Origin: a bacterium
Lineage (GTDB): Bacteria > SM23-31
Assembly (NCBI GenBank): GCA_965249485.1
Contig: OZ252239.1
Coordinates: 3,392,001 to 3,456,000, forward strand
Direction: 5' to 3'
Length of the DNA stretch: 64,000 nucleotides
The translations under genes and the position numbers were made by a program. Position 1 is the first letter of the stretch. Each line of letters begins with the position of its first letter. The notes under the pieces are model-generated. The model was not told the origin of the DNA, ran no database searches, and worked only from the letters and a program-made list of their open reading frames with translations. Shown piece after piece: positions 21,256 through 31,321 of this stretch.

Positions 21256-22311
21256 ATGAAAAACACAATATTTTTAACAATTGTCTTATTTGTAGTACTG
21301 AGCCTTTCATGTTCACAAGGACTTGATGAACTTAATAACGAATATTTGGAACAATTATGGCAGGGCAAATATCATGAAGCAGAGGAAATAGCAGCAAGTG
21401 CATTAGCTTTAGCTGAAGAAATATTTGGACCCGAGCATCTTGATGTGGTACTACCATTGGAAAATCTGGCGGAAGTATATGGTCAACAAGGTATGTATAC
21501 TGAAGCTGAGACCCTTTACAAACGTACTCTCGAAATACGAGAGAATATCCTGGGACCTGATCATACTGATGTGGCTATATCCCTGCACCGTATTGCTGAA
21601 ATGTTAATAGAAATTGGTAAGTATGAAGAAGCCGAAACTCATAGTATCAGAGCACTCGAGATAGATGAAAATGCGCATGGGCCAGAGAATCCCAATGTGG
21701 GGAACTCCCTGAACAACCTGGCAGCAACATATAGTGCACAAGGCAGGCACGATGAAGCAGTTCTTCTATACGAGAGGGCGCTGAAGATCGTAGAAGAAGC
21801 TACAGAACCTGCCCATTATCAGGTGGCAACAACTTTGAACGGTCTGGCAATGGCCTATTATCATCAAGGAAAATATAGCGATGCCGAACCCCTACCAAAG
21901 CAAGCTCTGGGAATTGAAGAAAATGCCCATGGGCCGGAACATCATGATGTGGTTCTATCCCTGAACAATCTGGCAAGAATATATAGCGCACAAGGCAGAT
22001 ATGACGAAGCAGTACCTCTATACGAGCGGGCGCAGGAAACAACAGAAGAATCTTTGGGTCCAGGTCATGCTGATGTGGCAGTGTCCCTACATGGTCTTGC
22101 TGAATTGCATAGAGCTCAGGGCAGGTTTTCCGAAGCCGAGGCTCAATATACGTTGGCACTGGAAATATATAAAAAAGCCTTAGGGCCAGAAAATCACAAT
22201 GTTGCAGGAGTTCTGGAGAGTATGGTTACCTTATATAATGAGACCGAAAACGTAGAGGAAGCAAAAAAGCTTGAAGAATTGGCAAAAAATATTCGTAAGA
22301 ATAAACGGTAG
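21256..22311 (+). CDS. Tetratricopeptide repeat lipoprotein (42-aa kinesin-light-chain-type TPRs)
   Basis: Lipobox SLSC; repeated LNNLA..Y..QG.Y.EA..LY.RAL...LGP.H. Confidence 0.92.
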   Translation: MKNTIFLTIVLFVVLSLSCSQGLDELNNEYLEQLWQGKYHEAEEIAASALALAEEIFGPEHLDVVLPLENLAEVYGQQGMYTEAETLYKRTLEIRENILGPDHTDVAISLHRIAEMLIEIGKYEEAETHSIRALEIDENAHGPENPNVGNSLNNLAATYSAQGRHDEAVLLYERALKIVEEATEPAHYQVATTLNGLAMAYYHQGKYSDAEPLPKQALGIEENAHGPEHHDVVLSLNNLARIYSAQGRYDEAVPLYERAQETTEESLGPGHADVAVSLHGLAELHRAQGRFSEAEAQYTLALEIYKKALGPENHNVAGVLESMVTLYNETENVEEAKKLEELAKNIRKNKR

Positions 22312-22461
22312 TAAATCCGATGATTGCAATATTTAGAATCTGAGGAGCGAATAGCCACCATAATGAATAATATTTTAACTGTTCGTCATAGATAACCGTA
22401 TTATAAAGCAGAGATGCAGCTTACAAACAGATGGTATATTGGATAATGAGGAGGGATTGTA

Positions 22462-23874
22462 ATGAAAAGATTTGTTAGTATTATTGCAATAATAGTTGTT
22501 TGTATTATAGTTGGATCGGGTGCCGGTCATGGCCAGAGCCCTAACAACTTTAAACCTGGTGAATATATTCAGAATATAATGCCAATGCGGGAGCGTGTCC
22601 AATTGATGCAGAGATGGTTGGAATGGAAAAAGGAGAACGTGCTGCCGATGATCATGAGAGAACTAAATGTTGATCTGTGGATCATACGTGATAATGAAGC
22701 TGATTTATACTACGACAACGAAGGTCCGGTGTATACTTCACTTTTGCCTGCCGATTTTCAGGGGATGACCTTCCCAAGCTCTATTGTTAATAATGTCGGT
22801 GACCTGTCCATTCCCTTGATACCCGTGTTTATGATGTTTTACGATACCGGAAATGAGATCGAATATGTCGAACCCCGTGATTATGAACATATTGCTGAAC
22901 TGGTCAGGGAGCGTGATCCCCGAAAAATAGCGATTGGCAAACACAATAATGAGCAAATGCTTGAAGCTTTGGGTAATAAATATGCCTCGCGATCGATCGA
23001 TTCGTGGTTTATAGGAGTCAGGTGGCTTGAGACTATGAGCCCAGAACAGATGAACCTTTTCCGGTATGTCATGGGTGTTCATAATGATATTATTGCCGAG
23101 GGATTTTCGAACAGGGCTATTATTCCTGGTCTTACAACTACAGATGATCTTAACTGGTGGTTCAGGCACAGATACCTTGAACTTGATATAGAGATAGAAA
23201 ATCATCCTTCTATTTATGTGCAGCGAAAAGTTGCAAATATTGAAAAATATCCTGATCCGGCTGAATCATTCTCCGGAGGCGGAACCAATAATGCTGTTAA
23301 TGTCGTAATACGGCGCGGTGATTTAGTAAGCATCGATTCAGATATAATGCTTCTTGGACTTGTTACCGATTCACACCAATTTGCTTATGTCCTTGAGGGA
23401 GACGAGACAGAGGTTCCGGCACAATTAACCGAAGCGTTACTCAAAGCAAACAAGCTGCAGGACCTGATCTCACGGGAGTTCAAAGTTGGCAGAACCGGTA
23501 AAGAAATAGAAGATGCTTCGCATGCCATACCATCCGATGGCAATGTCCATAACTATTCCGGCATCTTTTTAACCTTTCATCCGCCTCCCATGTTCAATCG
23601 GCGTTTTCTCCGGGGTGGATATATGTTTTCGCATAAGACGTATGTAGCGGGGATATCTTCACAACCCCAATATTATCCAACATCGATCGTATCCGACCAA
23701 CATAGACTCTCATATAACACTGTTCATGTTTTTCATCCGCATGTTCGAGTTTTTATACCGGGTTGGGAGGAAAATGGAGTAGCCATAGGAGTCGGACAGA
23801 TCATTGCTTTTACAGAAGACGGATTTCAATACCTTAACAGACCGATGGAAAACGGTTTTCATGTTGTACGATGA
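22462..23874 (+). CDS. Secreted M24-like peptidase, paralog 6 (most divergent)
   Basis: LPMIMRELNVDLW, ERDPRKIAI, IDSD..TDSHQFAY; both Glu ligands replaced. Confidence 0.78.
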   Translation: MKRFVSIIAIIVVCIIVGSGAGHGQSPNNFKPGEYIQNIMPMRERVQLMQRWLEWKKENVLPMIMRELNVDLWIIRDNEADLYYDNEGPVYTSLLPADFQGMTFPSSIVNNVGDLSIPLIPVFMMFYDTGNEIEYVEPRDYEHIAELVRERDPRKIAIGKHNNEQMLEALGNKYASRSIDSWFIGVRWLETMSPEQMNLFRYVMGVHNDIIAEGFSNRAIIPGLTTTDDLNWWFRHRYLELDIEIENHPSIYVQRKVANIEKYPDPAESFSGGGTNNAVNVVIRRGDLVSIDSDIMLLGLVTDSHQFAYVLEGDETEVPAQLTEALLKANKLQDLISREFKVGRTGKEIEDASHAIPSDGNVHNYSGIFLTFHPPPMFNRRFLRGGYMFSHKTYVAGISSQPQYYPTSIVSDQHRLSYNTVHVFHPHVRVFIPGWEENGVAIGVGQIIAFTEDGFQYLNRPMENGFHVVR

Positions 23875-23950
23875 TTGGTGAAAAAAAGGATTAGTAACTT
23901 ACTGATTATTGAAATACTAATACAAAGAAATAAAATCTAAAGAAAAAATA

Positions 23951-25443
23951 ATGAGTAAGACATTCTTTAATCCCGATCTAAAGTTTTGGATTCGAATTTC
24001 TAACCCGATTTTCCGAAGATCTTGTTGGATTTGCATTATTCTTAACTTCACTTTTCCTGCATTAGCTCAAAATGACAGAGCTAAATTGGATAATACCACC
24101 TTCCCTGATAAATTCCGGATTGAAGTGGTTGCCAATAATCTCCGGGTTCCCTGGTCTATTGCCTTTACACCGGATGGCAGAATCTTTTTCACTGAGTGCA
24201 TCGGTCAGGTTCGTGTCATAGAGAATGGGCATTTGATTGAAGAACCCATTCTTAAACTCGAAGTGAGCCAGGGTGTAAAAATGGGCTTGCTTGGCATGGC
24301 ACTTGATCCTGAATTTACTGAAACACATTATGTATATCTAGCCTATAACTACGCAGTTGAGGATGAATTTCGGCTCCGGATTGTACGTTATCGTGAGATA
24401 ACTGGACGGCTTGTCGAACCGTTTACGCTGATCGAAGACATTCCTGCAGCGAGAAATCATACAGGTTGCCGTCTACGTTTCGGTCCGGACGGTAAACTCT
24501 ATATAACTACGGGTGATGCCGACCGTCCTCGAATGTCTCAAAGGCTCGACTTTCTTTCCGGCAAAATCCTACGGCTTAATCCTGATGGTTCAATTCCGGA
24601 CGACAATCCGTATGTGAACAATTCCAATGCTCATCCGGCTATATGGTCATATGGTCACCGTAATCCACAAGGACTCGATTTCCAACCTGTCTCAGGACAA
24701 TTATTCGCTTCGGAACATGGGCCAAATGGGAGTGATGAAATCAACATCATTTCGCCTGAATACAATTATGGTTGGCCTGATATATCTCATCAGGAATCTG
24801 GTGAAGGTATGGAATCCCCATTACTCGAATTCACACCAGCTATTGGACCGGGCACCGCACTTTTCTACACTGTTGAAGCTTTTCCATCGCTAAACGGAGA
24901 CCTGCTTGTCGGTCTGATGCGTGCAGAAGGCATTCTGCGGATTCGACTGAATGGTAAAGAAGTTGTTGAATATGAGCGCTGGTTTCACCGTGCTTTTGGA
25001 CGCATTCGTGAAATCGCAATGAGTCCGGAAGGCTTACTCTATTTCACAACTACTCAGTACGATCCACCCGAGGGTAATCCCCGGAGGAATTATGATATGA
25101 TTCTGCGGACCGTACCGAATGATTTTCCGTTTTCGGAATATCCTATAGCAAATCTTGAAGCATCTGAAGCACTCGAAACGACTGAATTTGATCCGCGAAC
25201 ACTGAGTGCAAGTCCACTCATAGGTATGTATTGCAGTTCCTGCCATGGTCCAAATCTAACCGGCGGTCTTCATTCAAATCTCACCGATAATGTTTGGTCC
25301 AACACCGATGACGACCAAATCATGCTTCGTATAATCCTTGAGGGATTGGAAGATGAAGGAATGCCGCATTTAACAGCGTGCTCACTTCTAAACAGGCAAA
25401 TTCGATTCTCAATTATATGCGAAACCGCATGCCGGACAAGTAA
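23951..25443 (+). CDS. PQQ-dependent sugar dehydrogenase (GSDH beta-propeller) fused to cytochrome c; 1-nt frameshift near 25366
   Basis: PWSIAFTPDG, HTGCRLRFGPDG, GHRNPQG, EHGP, CSSCH; the shifted frame continues MPAFNSVL...ILNYMR..TAA at 25441-25443. Confidence 0.85.
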
Positions 25444-25464
25444 AACAAGAGAAAATTTCCGGGA

Positions 25465-27015
25465 TCACCGGGCACGTTTACCGGCTGGTGCTACACGGGG
25501 AAGTTTTTCATCCCGCATGGCCGCATGATACGCAAAACTTGCCATGATGACTGCCGATTGCATAAGATCTTCTGGAATATAACGGTCGAACGTATCCATG
25601 TTTGTGTGATATGCCCGCCGTTCGATGTCATCCTGAATGAAGCGGAAGCCGGGAAGCCCCACAGCGTCGAATGAATTGTTATCGGAACCGGGGGAGTTGT
25701 TCGGGCTGATATGGGTCATGCCTAAATCACTGAAAGGTTTTATCCATGCTTCGAAGATCGGCCGGACACGTTCGTTCTCCTGCAGCCAGATACCGCGTAT
25801 TTTCCCTCCGATGGTGTCGTTGTTGAAATATCCTGCAAATTGAGCATGTTGAGGAGTGTATTCCTGGGTATCGGGATTGCCAATATGCTTTCTGACGTAT
25901 CCACGAGATCCGTACATGCCATATTCCTCACCGCCCCACAAAGCGGCGCGGATGGTCCGGCGCGGCTGTACTCCAATTGCTTTCAATATCCTGATAGCTT
26001 CCATTGCGACAGAAGAACCGGCGCCGTTGTCGATGGCGCCCTGTCCGGCAGAGTTTGCATCGAAATGTCCACCGATCATAACCACTTCATCCGCAAGGTC
26101 AGAACCGGGAAGTTCGGCAATGACATTATAATCTTCGGTACTATCGTCATGAATATTGATCCTCGTTTCTACCTCCATTTCAACAGGTATGCCCTTTTCG
26201 AGGATGCGTATGATCCTGTTGTAGTGCTCACCTGCCATGACGAGGTAGGGAGGATGAATGGAATCCATACTCTCCCATGCTCTTCCAGGTACTTCACCCA
26301 CAGTGACCGTTCCATAATCTCCCCGCCGGTCAGGAGAAACTATGGTTGCTGTGCCCTCAGAAAACAGGAAATCTATGATCTCGTCCCGCGACAGGCCGGG
26401 TAGCACCCGGCGAGGTCTGTTTTGACCCTGTTCCTGAGGAGTTATTACTGCTTGCGACAGCTCATCGAGTTGTTCTTCGGTGTACCGAACAGCAATCGGT
26501 TCGAAATGTGGTGACATCTCGACCTTGGGATCGACAAATACGATTGCATCCCGTAATTTACCTCGGTATGCATTAAAGTCCGTACGGGACGATATATTGT
26601 TAATATTGATAAATACAGCCTGCCCGTGAACTTTCCGGTTCGTTCCGAACGAGAACGTGTTCGGGTAGGCAATTATCGGCATGTATTCAGGAGTCAGCAT
26701 ATGCACTGATGTGTATTCGTTACTCCATGTAACACCGAACTCGCCGTATGAATCCAAGTGCACGTTTGACAACCCGAATTCTTCGAATTGACGTTTTGCC
26801 CATTCAGCAGCCCGTTGGTAGGACGGAGAGTTTGCCAGACGTGGTCCGTGCACATCGGTAATATAACTGGCTATTTCCATTATCTGAGAATAGTTAAAAC
26901 CCTCAACTCTGATCTTTTGTATAACATCCCAATATATTGGTTCCTGAGCTTCCGACGTTGTCACAAATATGAGTGCCACTGTCATTATGAGTAGGGGAAA
27001 TAATGTTCTATTCAT
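25465..27015 (-). CDS. M28-family secreted peptidase (carboxypeptidase Q-like)
   Basis: GPRLANS, GGHFD, GAIDNGAG, WGGEEYG, SD..SF, YHTNMD; GGAGG RBS before ATG at 27015. Confidence 0.9.
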   Translation of the reverse strand: MNRTLFPLLIMTVALIFVTTSEAQEPIYWDVIQKIRVEGFNYSQIMEIASYITDVHGPRLANSPSYQRAAEWAKRQFEEFGLSNVHLDSYGEFGVTWSNEYTSVHMLTPEYMPIIAYPNTFSFGTNRKVHGQAVFININNISSRTDFNAYRGKLRDAIVFVDPKVEMSPHFEPIAVRYTEEQLDELSQAVITPQEQGQNRPRRVLPGLSRDEIIDFLFSEGTATIVSPDRRGDYGTVTVGEVPGRAWESMDSIHPPYLVMAGEHYNRIIRILEKGIPVEMEVETRINIHDDSTEDYNVIAELPGSDLADEVVMIGGHFDANSAGQGAIDNGAGSSVAMEAIRILKAIGVQPRRTIRAALWGGEEYGMYGSRGYVRKHIGNPDTQEYTPQHAQFAGYFNNDTIGGKIRGIWLQENERVRPIFEAWIKPFSDLGMTHISPNNSPGSDNNSFDAVGLPGFRFIQDDIERRAYHTNMDTFDRYIPEDLMQSAVIMASFAYHAAMRDEKLPRVAPAGKRAR

Positions 27016-27350
27016 TGTTGTTTCCTCCAAAGATGCTGATATCATGCGATGTTTACTAAGGAAAAAATCTCCGTGATACTATGTCGAAATATAATTAAAG
27101 TCTTCATTTTTTTAAACACATATTTTCTATTTATTATAACAGTTGAGAAATCAACTTTGAAAGAGTCGTAATTCTCCAACGCTCCCTAATAATCAGAAAA
27201 ACAGGAAAACAAGACGGAAAAAAACATTTTGCACGCTTCCGGCTTTTCGCCTTTGACCTATTGGCATCGAAGGCGACAATAACTTTACTGCAGTTATTAT
27301 ATAGTCATATAGCTCAATTTTAAATTCAAGCATATAATTAATTCCATTAC

Positions 27351-27407
27351 TTTCCAATCAAGAGGCCTAAGAGCGGAAAATACTTGTAAGAATAAAATGT
27401 ATCGCTT
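27351..27407 (+). repeat. Intergenic junction motif, copy 9
   Basis: tttccaatcaagaggcctaagagcggaaaatacttgtaagaataaaatgtatcgctt. Confidence 0.65.
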
Positions 27408-27505
27408 ATCTTTCAAATAAGTCTATTCTGCTTGTGTTGACGTCATACGATATATTAATTTCTAATAAGCGTAATATTTTCTGTGGTCTTAATTTTGGAG
27501 GAGAA

Positions 27506-27940
27506 ATGAAACTGCCGCGCATTGAGAGTGTTTCATGGGCTGTGTTTTTTGCAAGAATGTGGATCGGTCTTCAATTTCTAATGTTGCGTTGGGAGAAGGT
27601 GTTCAATCTAACAGAAATCGATCAGGCTCGAAGGCTTTTCGTTGATCAATTTCAAGACACGTGGATTCCTGTCTTTATATTATGGACGATCGGAATTATT
27701 TTACCGTTCCTGGAATTGATAGCAGGCAGCTTTGCATTCATAGGTCTCCGGGTAAAGGAAAGCATAGTAACATTGGGATTGATCCTGCTCATTATTACGT
27801 ACGGCCATCTTTTGGGTGATAAGTTTTATGACTTCACAACATTTGTTATTCCCCAATTGGTAATGATAATCTTCGTCCTTATGATACCGAGAGATAAGGA
27901 TGTGTTATCAGTTGATCATTTATTGAGCAAAAAAAAATAA
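27506..27940 (+). CDS. DoxX family membrane protein
   Basis: GGAGG RBS; FAR..IG, LPFLELIAG..GLRV, LSVD. Confidence 0.8.
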   Translation: MKLPRIESVSWAVFFARMWIGLQFLMLRWEKVFNLTEIDQARRLFVDQFQDTWIPVFILWTIGIILPFLELIAGSFAFIGLRVKESIVTLGLILLIITYGHLLGDKFYDFTTFVIPQLVMIIFVLMIPRDKDVLSVDHLLSKKK

Positions 27941-28147
27941 GATTAGCAAACTTTTATTATTTCTGTATGTAAATTTTCTGCATTGTATAAACCTATTATC
28001 GAAATTGCAGCAATTTGAGTAAGGTGGATAGCAATTTTGATCAACTGTCCGAATTGCTATGACACTCTATACGGAATTGGAATGTGACATTACATTCCAA
28101 ACCTACGACCGGATACAGCTACTCTCAAAAACGAAGACGGTTATTGT

Positions 28148-28183
28148 AGAAGGACTTAGATAGGTTACTAAGTCCTTCTTTTA
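28148..28183. terminator. Intrinsic terminator between convergent genes
   Basis: 12-bp stem AGAAGGACTTAG/CTAAGTCCTTCT followed by TTT. Confidence 0.75.
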
Positions 28184-28194
28184 TATTATGTAGT

Positions 28195-29037
28195 TTAAGG
28201 ATTGATAAGTCCTGCATTGACAAAATCATCTCGTGTTGCACCGGGATTCAATGAAGATCCGTAAACTGCCTGAGCTGCTGCAATATCTAATTCGCTGAGT
28301 TTATCCGGTATTAAGCCTGTGAATGCTCCAGGTCCACCAGCCATCAAAGATTTAGCATTACCTCCTATTAACGCCTGATCAATGTGACACATTCCAAGAA
28401 TTCCGTGTCCGATGACATCATGGACAAAAGCATCCGACGGTTGTATCGACTCTCTGAGCGTAGACCGGCTTGATATCATTACTCCACTTCCGGGTTCTGT
28501 GAATTCTATATGGACACATCCCCGTTCGAATGTACAACCGGTATCCTGCGGAGAAGGATGGTCGGTTGCTGTCACTTCGTTTAAACCGGGATGCGGATCA
28601 GGATCATCCGTGACCATAAATACAGTCAGGATATTTCCAAGCGTTGCAACGGAAACAGTTGCCAGAGCCTGTTCAACAAGCAGTTTTGTATCCTCCCCAT
28701 CACTACCATTGTCGAGCGTATTTGAAACAATCACTGTAATATCCGTGCCTCTGGGAAATGTAGCCCATTGTCCGACTCGCGTTGGGCACGCCGTAAAACC
28801 ATCCTGCGGAATTAACGGACCAGTACCCAAAAAGATTGCTTCAATATAATCTTTCATAAATCCGTCTGAATCAGGAGGCTCCGGCGAAATGATATCCGTA
28901 CTAGAGTCAGAACACGATACAATGAAGATAATTATAACGGCAAACCATACGAAATTTGTGTATTTCAGTTTGTATATAGGTATATTCTCTTTACTCAAAC
29001 AATTAAAGGATTCGCAACGGGATTTGAATTCTAACAT
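28195..29037 (-). CDS. Hypothetical lipoprotein, metzincin-like
   Basis: Lipobox IVSC (true start uncertain); HDVIGHGILGMCH plus a downstream SLM Met-turn-like motif. Confidence 0.6.
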   Translation of the reverse strand: MLEFKSRCESFNCLSKENIPIYKLKYTNFVWFAVIIIFIVSCSDSSTDIISPEPPDSDGFMKDYIEAIFLGTGPLIPQDGFTACPTRVGQWATFPRGTDITVIVSNTLDNGSDGEDTKLLVEQALATVSVATLGNILTVFMVTDDPDPHPGLNEVTATDHPSPQDTGCTFERGCVHIEFTEPGSGVMISSRSTLRESIQPSDAFVHDVIGHGILGMCHIDQALIGGNAKSLMAGGPGAFTGLIPDKLSELDIAAAQAVYGSSLNPGATRDDFVNAGLINP

Positions 29038-29400
29038 ATAACACTCTACAAGTAAAGATGATTCCTGTTTAAATGACTATTGCATAGAGTAATACTCATC
29101 TTTAGTAAACAAATATCCTATTAAAAAGTTTTCATTATTTATTAAATCTCCTCTACCTAGATTTTGAAAGTTCCGGTTACCCAAAAGCACCTGAGGATTT
29201 CCATAATTATCATTAGCACCCATCCAATGAGAAAATCGCACATAACCATTTAAATGTGAAGACCAAATACTTTTTCCATCGATTGATCACAATAAAACTA
29301 CTCAATTAAATTCTTATTTGTTATTTTAAATTAAAGATTCACTAATGTAAGAATACACTATCAGTTTTATAATTAATCTTTAGCACTTATGTTATAAACA

Positions 29401-30777
29401 GTGAATAATCTGAGGTCTAAAATGAGAGTAATTCGGTTTGCAGCCATCTTTTTAGCAATACTAACCATTTCGCAGGCGTATGATACCCAGGCACAAACGC
29501 TTCGTGAAGCATGGGAGATGTTAAGTCTCATTCGGAAAGAGAAATTCGATATTGTTCTTCCAAAGGTTATGAAGGAACATAACATCGATATGTGGATCCA
29601 TGTTATGCGGCATGGGAATCCCGACCCTTTAGAGCACGATTTAGGTGGTACAGGTGGATATTTTATTTTTACTGACAAGGGTGGTGATAGGATCGAACGT
29701 GCTGTTCTTGGTGGCGGTGGAATCTTGCTCGCACAGAGTGGTGCATATGACCTGTTCGGTTCATCTGAACACCTCCAACAGTTTGTGTCAGATCGAGATC
29801 CTAAACGCATTGCGGTCAATATGTCTGATTGGATCTCTGCATCTGACGGTCTCTCCCATACAGATTATGTGCAATTAACTGATAGGCTCGGTGACACCTA
29901 TAACGACAGGCTCATTTCCGCAGACCATCTTATTACCGATTTCCGTGCGCAGAGAGTTTCAAGTGAAATTGCATTTTATGCCAAATTAGGTAACATGACC
30001 AGAGACATTAGCGAACGGGCACTCTCAAATGAAGTCATTACTCCCGGCGTTACAACGCTGGAAGATGTTGCATGGTGGATGAAAGGAGAAAATATACTGT
30101 ACGGGCACAACTATCTATTCAGATTGCCTTCAGTAGCTGTTATCGAAGGCCCGGAAGGTGTGTTATCGGAGTCCGACAACCGTGTCATCCAACGGGGAAA
30201 TCTCTTGAAGACTGATTTTGGCGTATCGATGCTGAATTATGGAACTGACATTCAGAGGATGGGATATGTACTGCGAGAGGGCGAAACCACCCTGCCACAG
30301 GGATTTCAAAATGCCTTTGATCAGGCGGTGAAAGCGCGGGCTGTAATTCGAAGGAATATCATTGCCGGAAGGACTGCCGAAGAATCACTGGAAATTCTGG
30401 GGATCGCATTGGATGAAGCAGGATTCGGATTCATTTTGGAAGACCCCACGATGGATGGTGGTTATTCCGGCAAAATTCGGGGAGAGCACTTAAAATATCC
30501 TGACAAGACTGAAATTGCTGTTGACCTCCATGCTCTTGGCAATACGGGAAACAGCGAGATTGCGGTCGGACCATCAATCGCCAATTTCCGTCCCGACCGG
30601 GCACATTTGACGATTCATCCGAATAATTTTTTCTCATTTGAATTTATGGCGTATACCGCTGTACCTGAATGGGGTGGTAAAAAAGTACGTATCGGGTATG
30701 AGGACAATGCAATTGTTACTGAAAATGGCGTCGAATGGCTCTACCCTCCTGCTGATAAAATATTGATAATTCATTGA
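29401..30777 (+). CDS. Secreted M24-family peptidase, paralog 7
   Basis: Signal peptide (start may be ATG 29422); TDFG..GTDIQR, DLHALG, FSFEF, YEDN all intact. Confidence 0.87.
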   Translation: MNNLRSKMRVIRFAAIFLAILTISQAYDTQAQTLREAWEMLSLIRKEKFDIVLPKVMKEHNIDMWIHVMRHGNPDPLEHDLGGTGGYFIFTDKGGDRIERAVLGGGGILLAQSGAYDLFGSSEHLQQFVSDRDPKRIAVNMSDWISASDGLSHTDYVQLTDRLGDTYNDRLISADHLITDFRAQRVSSEIAFYAKLGNMTRDISERALSNEVITPGVTTLEDVAWWMKGENILYGHNYLFRLPSVAVIEGPEGVLSESDNRVIQRGNLLKTDFGVSMLNYGTDIQRMGYVLREGETTLPQGFQNAFDQAVKARAVIRRNIIAGRTAEESLEILGIALDEAGFGFILEDPTMDGGYSGKIRGEHLKYPDKTEIAVDLHALGNTGNSEIAVGPSIANFRPDRAHLTIHPNNFFSFEFMAYTAVPEWGGKKVRIGYEDNAIVTENGVEWLYPPADKILIIH

Positions 30778-30883
30778 ACCTGTTGCGTTTCATCTTGTCA
30801 TTATACCATATCAGGAGGATTAAACTATTCCATTTCAATCAGTTTGCGCTGGAATACAAAAAAATAATGATAAAGGTGATAGT

Positions 30884-31255
30884 ATGAAATCAATTACAAT
30901 AACTGTAGAGGATGTTTCAGTTGAGGCTGAGCTTTATGAGAGTGAGACTGCGGGGAAAATATTCAGCGCTCTTCCGATCGAAGGGCGGGCGAAAATATGG
31001 GGAGATGAGATATACTTTGAAATTCCGGTCAAGACAAGTCAGGAAGGCGATGCCCGGGCTGATGTCGACGTGGGTGAATTAGGTTACTGGCCCGTCGGAC
31101 ACGCATTTTGTATCTTTTTCGGACCAACACCGGTTAGCACGGATGAAAAACCTCGTGCTGCAAGTCCGGTCAACGTATTCGGGAAAATAAAAGGAGATGC
31201 AACGCAATTCAGGAGTGTTACTCAAGGAGTTGTTGTGCGCGTTGAACAAGCATAA
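30884..31255 (+). CDS. Cyclophilin-like fold protein (DUF369 type)
   Basis: WGDEIYF, GELGYWPVG.AFCIFFGPTP, ASPVNVFG. Confidence 0.82.
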   Translation: MKSITITVEDVSVEAELYESETAGKIFSALPIEGRAKIWGDEIYFEIPVKTSQEGDARADVDVGELGYWPVGHAFCIFFGPTPVSTDEKPRAASPVNVFGKIKGDATQFRSVTQGVVVRVEQA

Positions 31256-31321
31256 TATGCCTATATTTTCTCATTAAATGAATATACTCAATTATATTAA
31301 TTCTGATTTGATTCATCAGAG

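Noticed and set aside
27241..27280. Riboswitch upstream of the M28 gene
   Set aside because: Only one short hairpin (TCGCCTT/AAGGCGA); no match to a riboswitch consensus I recognise.
7441..27410. Classical integron attC array or CRISPR array
   Set aside because: The repeats are non-palindromic, lack paired RYYYAAC/GTTRRRY ends, are degenerate and are 0.5-5 kb apart; no intI or cas gene is in the window.
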